Assembly: GCA_964480925.1 (NCBI GenBank)
Contig: CAYZRR010000039.1
Coordinates: 1-46,946 of the forward strand
Direction: 5' to 3'
Length of the DNA: 46,946 nt
DNA from: an uncultured Thermodesulfobacteriota bacterium
Lineage (GTDB): Bacteria > Desulfobacterota > B13-G15
The position numbers were made by a program, and so were the translations under genes. Positions within the stretch are counted from its first letter, which is position 1, and every line of letters starts with the position of its first letter. Below are positions 28,132 through 37,295 of this stretch, one piece after another. Under the pieces are notes generated by a model. That model made no database searches. It saw only the letters and a list, made by a program, of their open reading frames with translations, and had not been told where the DNA came from.

Positions 28132-30743
28132 TGCTCCACCATTTTATCCATAAATTCCCTTTTGACCAACTCCAATTCTTCTTCTCGGGTCTTTATCTCC
28201 CCTTTGATCCTGGCTTCCAGGAGGCGCTTGAATATTAGATTGTAATGGGGACCCGGAGGTATTCCTAGGTCCTTTAAATCCTTTCCCCTGAGTTCCGGTT
28301 TTACCCATCGAGCTCGAGATATAAAATCGGCTAAAAGCTTCTGGATGTCCCTTTCTTCGCTTATCACCACAAGGTATAAAAGGATCTCTAAACTAAGTGG
28401 GCTTAACAACTCATAAACTTTATAGGGATCCTTTTCCCTTTTAATTTGCCAGAGCGCTTTTTTGGCTTTTTTTCTCTCCTCGATCAGTTTTTTTCTTAAA
28501 GAACTTCCCAAATTAAGCCTTTCGCAAAACTCGGCTTTGCTCTCTTCTTTAAGCGACTCGGTCAGAGAAAGTAGGAAAACCACGTATTGTTCAAGTCTTT
28601 CCGGCAGAAAAAGCAGATTATACCAATTCAATACTCCTTGAGTCTTGAGAATATAAGCTTTTGTTTTGGCCGATAAACTTAAATCCGGGTGAAACACCTT
28701 TAATAACCCCAGTTCTTCCATTTTTAAGAGGATCTTAAGGGGGTCGGGCTCTTCCAAGATCAATTTCAATTCGTTAAAAAGCCTGTGACCGCTCAATTTT
28801 TCGACCACTCCCGAATTGATGGCCACTTTCATAAGTGATTCGGTCTGGCGGTCCAGCTTAAAACCAAAACGGGCCTCAAAGCGAAGGGCCCGAAAGATCC
28901 TGGATGGGTCTTCTATGAAACTCATGCCGTGCAGTACCCTTATCATCTTATCCTTTAAATCCCTTTGCCCCCCAAAAAAATCTATGAGTTCGCCAAAGGA
29001 AGAGGGATTGAGGTCTATGGCTAATGCATTTATGGTGAAGTCCCTCCGGTATAAATCCATCTTAAGAGAACCTCTTTCCACCTTAGGGGGAGAAGCGGGT
29101 TCTGGATAAAACTCTATTCTCGCAGTGGCAACGTCCACCTTAAAACCTTCGGGTAGAAAAAGAGAAGCGGTGCCCATTGTTTTATGGACTTTGTAATTAA
29201 TGCCCAAATTCTCCGCCAGGATCTTACTGAAGGCGATCGCATCTCCTTCCACTACTATATCTAAGTCCATGTTTTTATTGCCCGTTAAAAGATCTCTCAC
29301 AAAACCTCCTACCAAGTAAGCTTTCATATCCATTTTTGTGGCCAATTCTCCCGCTTTGCGCAAAAACTCTAACACAAAAGGCGGTAGCCGGTCTTCGAGT
29401 AAGGTTTTTAGATTCTTTTTACGCCCCTTTTCCTCTTTTAATTTGAAACCCGTTGCAAATCCTTCAAATGCCCTTAGTATTTCGCTTTTAGTAACACCTC
29501 CTATAAGTTTACCTTCCTTTATCACGGGCAGAAGCCTCTCATTTCCCGATATGATCTTCTCATAGATTTCCCATAAGGGGGTTTCCTCCTTAAGAGCGGG
29601 GACCTCTCTCCTCATGAATTCGCTCACTTTCCTTTCGCCCAGTCCATGTAAGACGCCCTTCTCAACCTCTTCCCAACCTATCAGTCCCAGAAATTTCCCT
29701 TTTTCCGCTACAGGTAGCACTCCTAAGGCAAACTTTTGCATGATCTCATGAGCTTCTTTTAAGGTGGTGTCAGGTGGGATTGTCTTGAGAGGGGAGATCA
29801 TTATGTCTTTCGCCAAAACCGGGGGTTCTACAATATTAGGTAATAATTTGAGCAACCTTTCTTTTACATCTTGAGGCGTCATATTTTTGATAGTCGCTGA
29901 AGCTGCAGTGGGATGTCCCCCTCCTCCAAACTCGATGGCTATCTTGCTAACGTCCACCTTTGGGCTTTTGGAACGCATAATGAGAAGCACCCTATTCTCC
30001 ATTCTCAAGATCACAAAGAGAGCATCCCCACTTTCCATTCCTCTTAGCTTGTGGACCAGGAAGGCTATGTCTTGTAAATACTCTTCAGAAGAGGCAGAGG
30101 TGATAACTATTTCGGATCCATTGATATAGTATTTTTCTGCGTTTTCTAACATTTGACTGAGAAGTTTGATCTGTTCGGAGGTCATTTCTCGCGCCATAAT
30201 GTCATTTACCGCCTTCAAATCGGCTCCAAGTTCAATAAGAAAAGCAGCTTCTCGTAAATCTTCTGCCGTGGTCGAAGGAAAGGCGAAGGATCCGGTATCC
30301 TCGTAGATCCCGATTAGCATTATGGTGGCCTCATCCTTGGAGATCGTTATCCCTCTTTCCCTCAAAAGGCGCGTCATAATGGTGGTGTTCGCTCCCTTCG
30401 GTTCGATAACTTCTACCTTACCTCTGAAGTCATCGGGAGAAGGGGGGTGATGATCGTAAATGTGTACTTCTACTCCCTCTTTTTCCAAAAGCCGAGCAAA
30501 AACCCCTATGCGTGATCTCTGGCGGGTATCCACCACTATGAGCCTTTTAATGGCGGAGAGTTCCACTTCTTTTATGCGTTTTAAATTAAAGAGATAAAAA
30601 GCCGAGCTTATCAAAAAATCCCTAAGGCTTCTTTCCTGTGAACCCGGAAAAACTACAAAGGCCTCGGGATATAGTTTCTGAGCGGCGATGATTGAGCCCA
30701 AGGCGTCAAAATCGGCATTAAAATGCGTTAAAATTACCTCCAT
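28128..30743 (-). CDS. multidomain tRNA nucleotidyltransferase: DHH/DHHA1 phosphoesterase + CBS pair + class II CCA/poly(A) polymerase head domain
   Basis: 871 aa. DHH motifs HFNADFDALGS and YDHHPP. DHHA1 motif GGGGHPTAASA. CBS pair at about aa 320-440. Nucleotidyltransferase motif LVGGFVRDLL...DLDIVVEG and RDFTINALA. Confidence 0.85.
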   Translation of the reverse strand: MEVILTHFNADFDALGSIIAAQKLYPEAFVVFPGSQERSLRDFLISSAFYLFNLKRIKEVELSAIKRLIVVDTRQRSRIGVFARLLEKEGVEVHIYDHHPPSPDDFRGKVEVIEPKGANTTIMTRLLRERGITISKDEATIMLIGIYEDTGSFAFPSTTAEDLREAAFLIELGADLKAVNDIMAREMTSEQIKLLSQMLENAEKYYINGSEIVITSASSEEYLQDIAFLVHKLRGMESGDALFVILRMENRVLLIMRSKSPKVDVSKIAIEFGGGGHPTAASATIKNMTPQDVKERLLKLLPNIVEPPVLAKDIMISPLKTIPPDTTLKEAHEIMQKFALGVLPVAEKGKFLGLIGWEEVEKGVLHGLGERKVSEFMRREVPALKEETPLWEIYEKIISGNERLLPVIKEGKLIGGVTKSEILRAFEGFATGFKLKEEKGRKKNLKTLLEDRLPPFVLEFLRKAGELATKMDMKAYLVGGFVRDLLTGNKNMDLDIVVEGDAIAFSKILAENLGINYKVHKTMGTASLFLPEGFKVDVATARIEFYPEPASPPKVERGSLKMDLYRRDFTINALAIDLNPSSFGELIDFFGGQRDLKDKMIRVLHGMSFIEDPSRIFRALRFEARFGFKLDRQTESLMKVAINSGVVEKLSGHRLFNELKLILEEPDPLKILLKMEELGLLKVFHPDLSLSAKTKAYILKTQGVLNWYNLLFLPERLEQYVVFLLSLTESLKEESKAEFCERLNLGSSLRKKLIEERKKAKKALWQIKREKDPYKVYELLSPLSLEILLYLVVISEERDIQKLLADFISRARWVKPELRGKDLKDLGIPPGPHYNLIFKRLLEARIKGEIKTREEELELVKREFMDKMVEQ

Positions 30744-30806
30744 CCCTCTTCAAAGTTAAACGAGCTTCGAATGAGTGTAAAGGCATAGGTTTTATGTTAA
30801 AATTTT

Positions 30807-33080
30807 ATGATGATGAGAAGAAAGGGACTCGTGATTTTTATGGGATTTTTGTTCGGAATAATAGGGGTACCTTTATTTTATTTCACTTACTCTTTACCCC
30901 CCCTTAAAGACATTAACAGTTGGAAACCTCCCGTAATTACAAGGATAATCTCCGATGACGGTAAGGTAGTAGGTGAACTTTACCTTCAGAGAAGAATCCT
31001 CGTACCCAATGAGAATATTCCCCGCTTGCTCAAACAGGCTTTTGTAGCTGCTGAGGATGCGGATTTTTATCGTCATAAAGGGATTTCTCTTGTCGGCATT
31101 GCTAGAGCCATGTTAAAAAACGTGGAGGCTGGAAGGGTAGTTCAAGGTGGAAGTACTATCACCCAACAATTGGTAAGATCGTTGATCCTTGATCGCGAAA
31201 GGACGCTTTCCAGAAAGATAAAAGAGATGATTTTGGCTTGGCGTATCGAACAACAATTGACTAAGGACGAAATACTTTACTTATACCTCAATCAAATTTA
31301 TTTGGGACATGGCAATTATGGTATAGGAGCAGCGTCGGATTATTATTTCGGCAAATCCCCCGATCAGTTAAATTTAGCCGAAATTGCATTATTAGCCGGT
31401 TTGCCAAGGGCACCTGAGATTTATTCCCCTTATCGTAACTTTGAATTAGCAAAAAGACGTCAACTTTATGTTTTAAATAGAATGGTTGAAGAGGGATATA
31501 TCTCCGAAAATGAAGCCCGTATAGCTTATGCTACTCCTTTAAAATTGAGAGAACACGATCGCGAACTTCAAGAGGCTTCAGCTTATTATTTTGATTATGT
31601 AAGACAGTATCTTTTAAATCGTTATGGGGAAAAAGCAGTATATGAGAAAGGATTAACGGTTTATATCTCGATGGATTCACGACTTCAAAAGGCCGCTTTT
31701 ACATCTCTTCGAGAGGGAATTTTGAACATTAGCAAAAGGCAAGGTTATAAAGGACCAGAGAGAGTAATCAGCGAAAAGGAGATTAAGGATTTCTGTAAGG
31801 CTCTCGAAGATGAGAATAAGAGAATAGAAGTGGGTAAGGTTTACCTGGGGGTGGTTCTTAATGTGGAGAAGGATAAGGTGTGGGTTAGTATGGGAAAGGA
31901 AAAGGGGTTCCTTGAATCAAAGAATCTCGCTTGGCTTAAAGGAGGTTTTAAAAGAGGTCATGTTATAAGGGTGAAGGTAAAAGAGAAACTTGAGGATGCC
32001 TTTAAGCTTGAGCTTTATCAAGAACCAGAAGTAGAAGGTGCTATTTTTGCCATGGAATTGCCTACTGGTTACGTGAGAGCTATGGTGGGGGGTTATGATT
32101 TTCATCGGAGTCAGTTCAACCGGGCTCTTCAGGCTAAACGGCAACCGGGTTCGGCCTTTAAGCCAGTGGTATACGCTGCGGCTTTGACTAAAGGGTTTAA
32201 TCCGGTTAGTAAGGTTTTGGACGTTCCGGTGGTTTATCCGGAGGATAATTGGAAACCTATGAATTATCAAGGGCGTTTTTATGGTCCAGTGACGCTGAGA
32301 TTTGCTTTGGCTCAAAGTTTGAACTGCGCAACCGTTAATCTGGCAAGGGAATTGGGAATAGATTACGTGATACAATTCGCGAAACGCTTGGGGATTAATT
32401 CTCCCCTCAACAGAGACCTTTCAACAGTCTTAGGTTCTTCGCCGGTCACGCTTTTTGAGCTTGTTAGGGCCTTTGCCGTTTTTGCCACTGGTGGGCATCT
32501 TATACAGCCTGTTTTCGTTAAGAAAGTGGTGGATAGAGAGGGAGAGGTATTAGAAGAGAACGAACCTTTACCTTTAGAAGGAAAGCTTCGGGAACAAGGG
32601 ATCGAGCCTCAAGGAAGGTATAACCCGCAGGTTTTGAGCGAAGGAGTCGCCTACATCATGACTAACATGCTCCAATCAGTAGTCCAAGAAGGTACCGCTC
32701 AAATGGCCAAAAGTCTCGGCTGGCCATGCGCGGGTAAAACCGGAACCACAGACGATTACACTGATGCATGGTTTATAGGATATGTGTCCCATCTCATCGC
32801 GGGGGTATGGGTGGGGTTCGATAAGCCCAGATCCTTAGGACCGGGTGAAACGGGGGCACGGGCCGCTTTGCCCATATGGGTTAATTTTATGAAAGAGGCC
32901 CTTTCCGGACTTTCGCCCCAAGACTTCCCTTTACCCGAAGGCGAGGTGGTGTTTATGAGAATTAACCCCCAAACTGGATTACCCGCTTCTCCTGAAGAAG
33001 AAGGCATTTTTGAGCCTTTCCTCCAAGGAGCACAAGTTACGCCTTCTTCCCCAGACGCTTCTGGGCAGCTTCAAGAATAA
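30807..33080 (+). CDS. mrcA: class A penicillin-binding protein (PBP1A-type glycosyltransferase/transpeptidase)
   Basis: N-terminal TM helix. GT51 motifs EDADFYRH, GGSTITQQ and RKIKE. Transpeptidase motifs SAFKP (SxxK), SLN (SxN) and KTGTT. Confidence 0.9.
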   Translation: MMMRRKGLVIFMGFLFGIIGVPLFYFTYSLPPLKDINSWKPPVITRIISDDGKVVGELYLQRRILVPNENIPRLLKQAFVAAEDADFYRHKGISLVGIARAMLKNVEAGRVVQGGSTITQQLVRSLILDRERTLSRKIKEMILAWRIEQQLTKDEILYLYLNQIYLGHGNYGIGAASDYYFGKSPDQLNLAEIALLAGLPRAPEIYSPYRNFELAKRRQLYVLNRMVEEGYISENEARIAYATPLKLREHDRELQEASAYYFDYVRQYLLNRYGEKAVYEKGLTVYISMDSRLQKAAFTSLREGILNISKRQGYKGPERVISEKEIKDFCKALEDENKRIEVGKVYLGVVLNVEKDKVWVSMGKEKGFLESKNLAWLKGGFKRGHVIRVKVKEKLEDAFKLELYQEPEVEGAIFAMELPTGYVRAMVGGYDFHRSQFNRALQAKRQPGSAFKPVVYAAALTKGFNPVSKVLDVPVVYPEDNWKPMNYQGRFYGPVTLRFALAQSLNCATVNLARELGIDYVIQFAKRLGINSPLNRDLSTVLGSSPVTLFELVRAFAVFATGGHLIQPVFVKKVVDREGEVLEENEPLPLEGKLREQGIEPQGRYNPQVLSEGVAYIMTNMLQSVVQEGTAQMAKSLGWPCAGKTGTTDDYTDAWFIGYVSHLIAGVWVGFDKPRSLGPGETGARAALPIWVNFMKEALSGLSPQDFPLPEGEVVFMRINPQTGLPASPEEEGIFEPFLQGAQVTPSSPDASGQLQE

Positions 33081-34971
33081 GACCTAACATCTCCCTGTAA
33101 GTTATACCCGCTATTTCCGCCATTTTGGCTAAATGCCCATCCCAACACCACCCCGGATTGGGGTTTACTTCTAATAACTTCGGATTACCCTCGTTATCTA
33201 AACGCCAATCAAAGCGGCAATAGTCCCTGCATTCAAGTCTCGAAAACAATTTTAAACAACATTCAATGATGAACCCCTTAACTTCTTCAGGTAATTCTGC
33301 TTTAATCGATCGGATTTTTCCATAAGGCGAGTCTGGCAACCATTTAGCTTCATATCCACATATTCTTGGCAAATCTAAAGGTAATTGCGAATAATCCTCT
33401 TCAATAATAGGAAGTACTATGAAATCGTCAGGGGGATTTCCGATAATACCTACACTTAAATCTTTCCCTGTAAGGAATTCCTCAATGAGGATTGGCTTAT
33501 CATAACCAAAATTCTCGCGAGTTTCATGGATAACATCGAGTAACTCTTCGAGACTATTCACAACACTGCGCGCAGTAATCCCAAAACTTGAATCACCAAA
33601 AACAGGTTTGACAATTACAGGGAAATTTAACGAAAAATCGAAGGTGATATCCTCCGATTTTATTAATACACCTGAAGGTACGGGAATTCCCATTTCCCTT
33701 GCAACTCCCCGTATTAGTGATTTGTCGTAACAGTATATTAAACAACGAGGACCGGAACCAGTGTAAGGTATTCCTAATATTTCCAATAAAGCAGGGATAT
33801 GAGCTTCTTTCAATGGATCGTTGAAATAACCTTCGTCACACAGATTAAAGACAAAATTGATTTTAGGTTTGATCTTTATAAGATCAAATATTAATGTGTC
33901 ATGATTATCGAGATAACTAAATCTGTAATCCTCCAATTCGTTGAGAGCTTCTTTCAACTTATCGATGGTATAAATATCGTCGTCGTCAAAAATTCCCATT
34001 GGTTTCAAGGGATCGGGTTTTCTTTTGTCGCCTAGTAAAACCACCACATGTTTCAGCTCTTTTTTTGCTTTCTTTTTAACGAAGCTCCATTCCTTTTTCG
34101 CAACTGCGCTTACAAAAATGCGTCTCTCCATCATTCCCAAATCTTGGTTTCGTTGAGAATAACTTACAAATTCCTTATGAAACGTTATATCGCTGAAGCC
34201 TGCCGTTTGAAGGAGTTCCCTTAGGGCTTCGCGTGTGTAAAGCCTTTCAGCGTAAAATCTATCGGCAATGACTCCCTTTTCCACATGGGTTACTATCTCT
34301 CTACATATTAGCCTTTGCCCATCGCTTGAGAGGCTTCTTTCTCTACAGACAAAATGTTTTTTGTCTATCCATTCCCAACTCCTTGGTTGGAAATGCGTTT
34401 TTAGATACTCGCCATCGGCCACATCGATAAAAATTCGCCCCCATGGTTTTAGAACCTTGAAGACTTCCTTTAACACTTTGAGATCGTCTTTGAGTGACTC
34501 AAAATATCCAAAGCTGTTACCCAAAATCAGCACCACGTTGAAACTATCAGGACTGTAAGGAAGCTTTAAGGCATTACCTTCTCGAAATTTAACATTCAAT
34601 CCTTCCTTTTTTGCTTGATTTTTAGCCTTTTGAATTAAATAATGTGATCTATCAAGTCCCTCAACATATTTAAACCCCCTTCTTGCAAGTTCTAAACTGT
34701 GCCTTCCGTGTCCACAACAAAGATCCAATATTTTATCTTCGGTTGATAGTTTTAATATATCGAGCAATATATCCACTTCAATTTTTGTGATGAAGGGATC
34801 ATCCACTACGTCTCCATCCGTTTTCAAATAAAGGCTATCAAAGAGCTGAGACCACCAATTAGGACTAACCTTATCTTCAAGGTTTTCTATGGGTCCTAAA
34901 CATCTTGAAGAAAGGGAATTGGATTTTTGTCGATTGGAGTTAAAAACGTTTTTTTTCACGTTTTGATCCAT
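33037..34971 (-). CDS. fusion protein: class I SAM-dependent methyltransferase (N) + D-Ala-D-Ala-ligase-like ATP-grasp enzyme (C), function unknown
   Basis: Start moved to ATG 34971 (AAGGGGGA RBS). Methyltransferase part: ILDLCCGHGRHSLELARRGF, VEGLDRS, LILGNSFGYF and LKPWGRIFID. ATP-grasp part: NLCDEGY, IPYTGSGP, FPVIVKPVFGDSSFGI, ILIEEFLTGKDLSVGIIG and CRFDWRLDNEGNPKLLEVNPNPG. Confidence 0.75.
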   Translation of the reverse strand: MDQNVKKNVFNSNRQKSNSLSSRCLGPIENLEDKVSPNWWSQLFDSLYLKTDGDVVDDPFITKIEVDILLDILKLSTEDKILDLCCGHGRHSLELARRGFKYVEGLDRSHYLIQKAKNQAKKEGLNVKFREGNALKLPYSPDSFNVVLILGNSFGYFESLKDDLKVLKEVFKVLKPWGRIFIDVADGEYLKTHFQPRSWEWIDKKHFVCRERSLSSDGQRLICREIVTHVEKGVIADRFYAERLYTREALRELLQTAGFSDITFHKEFVSYSQRNQDLGMMERRIFVSAVAKKEWSFVKKKAKKELKHVVVLLGDKRKPDPLKPMGIFDDDDIYTIDKLKEALNELEDYRFSYLDNHDTLIFDLIKIKPKINFVFNLCDEGYFNDPLKEAHIPALLEILGIPYTGSGPRCLIYCYDKSLIRGVAREMGIPVPSGVLIKSEDITFDFSLNFPVIVKPVFGDSSFGITARSVVNSLEELLDVIHETRENFGYDKPILIEEFLTGKDLSVGIIGNPPDDFIVLPIIEEDYSQLPLDLPRICGYEAKWLPDSPYGKIRSIKAELPEEVKGFIIECCLKLFSRLECRDYCRFDWRLDNEGNPKLLEVNPNPGWCWDGHLAKMAEIAGITYREMLGLILEAAQKRLGKKA

Positions 34972-35051
34972 TCCCGTCCCCCTTATGCGATTTTTTCTGA
35001 TTGCAAATTTGCTCCAAATGACCTCATTTTTGCAAGAGGTTTTTAAAAGAG

Positions 35052-35081
35052 TTGACAAACCCAGTTTTTTTGGCATACAAA
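35052..35081 (+). promoter_or_regulatory. candidate sigma70-type promoter for pilMNOPQ
   Basis: Perfect TTGACA at 35052-35057, an 18-nt spacer, then TACAAA at 35076-35081, about 19 nt before the pilM ATG. The -10 element is weak and the leader would be very short. Confidence 0.2.
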
Positions 35082-35099
35082 TTTAAAGGGATTTTTGAA

Positions 35100-36152
35100 A
35101 TGAAAATATTGGAGGCTTTAAAGAGGGATAAAAAGGTTTCTTTAACATTAGGGATCGATATAGGCTCCAGCAACATTAAATTGGTCGACCTCAAACCCGA
35201 AAAAGACGTTTATCGGGTGGATAAAATCGCTTTACAACCTCTTCCTCCAGGCAGTGTCTCTCAAAGGGGTTATGTTAATTTGATAAGCGTAGCAGAAGCA
35301 CTACGTTTATTGATAAATGCGCATAAGTTAAAAAGGAGAAAGGTAGCAACTTCTGTAGCCGGACATGGAGTAATAGTAAAAAGATTACTTATACCCCCTA
35401 TGACTCAAAAGGAACTTGAGGAGAATTTAAGAATAGAAGCGAAAAAATATATTCCCGATGTAGAAGAAGTGGTATTGGATTTCCATATATTATCCCAAGA
35501 AGCGGAGGTTATGGAGATTTTACTTGTAGCAGCCAAGAAAGAGATAATTAATAATTATATAGCTATTTTAGAAGAGATAGAATTAGAACCAGTAATAATA
35601 GATGTAGATGCTTTTGCGCTACAGAATGCTTTTGAAATAAATTATCCTCACGAAGTCAAAAATGTTGTAGCTTTGTGTGATATTGGTGATAGTGTGACCA
35701 CTATAAATGTAGTTAAAAATGGGGAATGCCTTTTCACAAGAGATGTAGCCATTGGAGGAAGGTTTTATACTGAGGAGTTACAAAAAGAAATGGGTATAGG
35801 ATATGAAGAAGCCGAATCCCTGAAGCTTAGGCTTAAGGATGAGAAAAATCCTAAGGTTAACAAAGTCGTTAGTAGAGTGTCGCGCCTCATTTCGCTTGAA
35901 ATAGCCAAATCCTTAGATTTCTTCTCAGCTTCCTATCCGGATGAAAAGATTAATAAGCTTTATATAACTGGTGGGACTACAAAAGTGCCAGGCCTTAAGG
36001 AGATGATAGAGGAGCGTATAGGGATTAATGTGGACTTTTTTAACCCGTTTAACAATTTAATAGTTGATGCTAATAAGTTCCCCCTCGATTATTTGAAGGA
36101 AATTGCGCCTTTTACTGCAGTGGCCGTAGGTCTTGCCCTTAGGAAGGTGTGA
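35100..36152 (+). CDS. pilM: type IV pilus assembly ATPase-fold protein PilM
   Basis: Start moved to ATG 35100. Actin-like phosphate motif LGIDIGSSNIKLV, and ITGGTTKVPGL near the C-terminus. First gene of a pilMNOPQ array. Confidence 0.85.
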   Translation: MKILEALKRDKKVSLTLGIDIGSSNIKLVDLKPEKDVYRVDKIALQPLPPGSVSQRGYVNLISVAEALRLLINAHKLKRRKVATSVAGHGVIVKRLLIPPMTQKELEENLRIEAKKYIPDVEEVVLDFHILSQEAEVMEILLVAAKKEIINNYIAILEEIELEPVIIDVDAFALQNAFEINYPHEVKNVVALCDIGDSVTTINVVKNGECLFTRDVAIGGRFYTEELQKEMGIGYEEAESLKLRLKDEKNPKVNKVVSRVSRLISLEIAKSLDFFSASYPDEKINKLYITGGTTKVPGLKEMIEERIGINVDFFNPFNNLIVDANKFPLDYLKEIAPFTAVAVGLALRKV

Positions 36153-36155
36153 GAG

Positions 36156-36698
36156 ATGATAGAGATAAACCTTTTGCCTGTTAGTGAGATTCGCGAGAAA
36201 GAAAAGAAACGGTTTAAAGTTTCGGTCTCTCTGCTTCTTACAAGTTTGGTTATAGTAGTTTGTGTTTATCTAAAATGGACAGCCAATCAAAAGGAACGGA
36301 ACCTGGATGAGAATATAGGAAAGATAAATGAAGAGATAAAAAGATTGGATCTTTTAATTAAAGAAGTCGCCCAATTAAAAAACGAGAAAGAGGCTTTGGA
36401 AAAACGTTTGAAGGTAGCCGAGACTTTAGAGAAAGGGAGGCTCGAGGCCGCCGTTATAATGATGGATTTGAGCAAAAGGGTTCCAGAAAAGCTTTGGCTT
36501 GAGGGATTAGAAAAAAGGGGAGAATTAGTAAAGTGCAGTGGCATAGCTTTAGATGAGGAGACTATAGCCGATTTCATGACGGCTCTTAAGGGTTCTCCTT
36601 ACATAAAGAAAGTTGAGCTCGAATCTGTGAGGAAGCAATCGATAGGAGGGGTAAACCTTAAAAAGTTTGTCTTAACTTGTGAATTTAGGATGGATTAA
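36156..36698 (+). CDS. pilN: type IV pilus assembly protein PilN
   Basis: N-terminal INLLP motif, a single TM helix and a coiled coil. It sits immediately after pilM. Confidence 0.8.
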   Translation: MIEINLLPVSEIREKEKKRFKVSVSLLLTSLVIVVCVYLKWTANQKERNLDENIGKINEEIKRLDLLIKEVAQLKNEKEALEKRLKVAETLEKGRLEAAVIMMDLSKRVPEKLWLEGLEKRGELVKCSGIALDEETIADFMTALKGSPYIKKVELESVRKQSIGGVNLKKFVLTCEFRMD

Positions 36699-37295
36699 AT
36701 GGCGAGGTTTAAGTCAATAAAAAGAGAGATTCTCATTGTTATTTTATTGTGGATAGTTATTTTAGCTGTATTCTGGCAGGTCTTTTATAGGCCTCAAAAA
36801 TTAAGAATCATAGAAAAAGAACAACGTTTGGAGCAGTTGATAAATGAAAGAGATCGAAAGAAGATGATGGCTCAACAGTTGGATAAATATAGGAATGAAA
36901 TGGCCGAGATACGCAATAAATTGGCTGAGATTACTACAAAATTACCAGACGAAAAGGAAGTACCTGGTTTGCTCAAAATGGTATCTTTGGTGGGTAAAAA
37001 TTCAGGTTTAGATATTGAGTCCTTTCAACTTAAAGGGGAAGAAAGAAAGAGTTTTTATGCGGAAGTACCTTTTGAGATGAGTTTTGTGGGTAATTATCAT
37101 CAAATTGGAATGTTCTTTTATCAAGTGGGGCAGCTTCCAAGGATAATAACTATAAAGGAATTTTCCTTTTCTCCCATTAAAGAAGCAACAGGAGAGGAAA
37201 GATTTGTAAAACTTAAGGGAGCTTGTAAGGGGGCTACTTATTACTTCATAGAAGAAACATCTACGGCAGGTAAAAAGGATGAGAAGAAATCTTAA
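36699..37295 (+). CDS. pilO: type IV pilus assembly protein PilO
   Basis: A single TM helix, a coiled coil and a ferredoxin-like C-domain. Called by its position between pilN and pilP. Confidence 0.7.
   Translation: MARFKSIKREILIVILLWIVILAVFWQVFYRPQKLRIIEKEQRLEQLINERDRKKMMAQQLDKYRNEMAEIRNKLAEITTKLPDEKEVPGLLKMVSLVGKNSGLDIESFQLKGEERKSFYAEVPFEMSFVGNYHQIGMFFYQVGQLPRIITIKEFSFSPIKEATGEERFVKLKGACKGATYYFIEETSTAGKKDEKKS

Noticed and set aside
34972-35099. Small precursor-peptide gene next to the ATP-grasp fusion (RiPP/graspetide idea), including the 35-aa in-frame upstream extension of that ORF
   Set aside because: The ATP-grasp domain is Ddl-like rather than the graspetide type. The 128-nt gap holds no independent ORF with an RBS. 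The extension lacks an RBS, whereas the ATG at 34971 has one.
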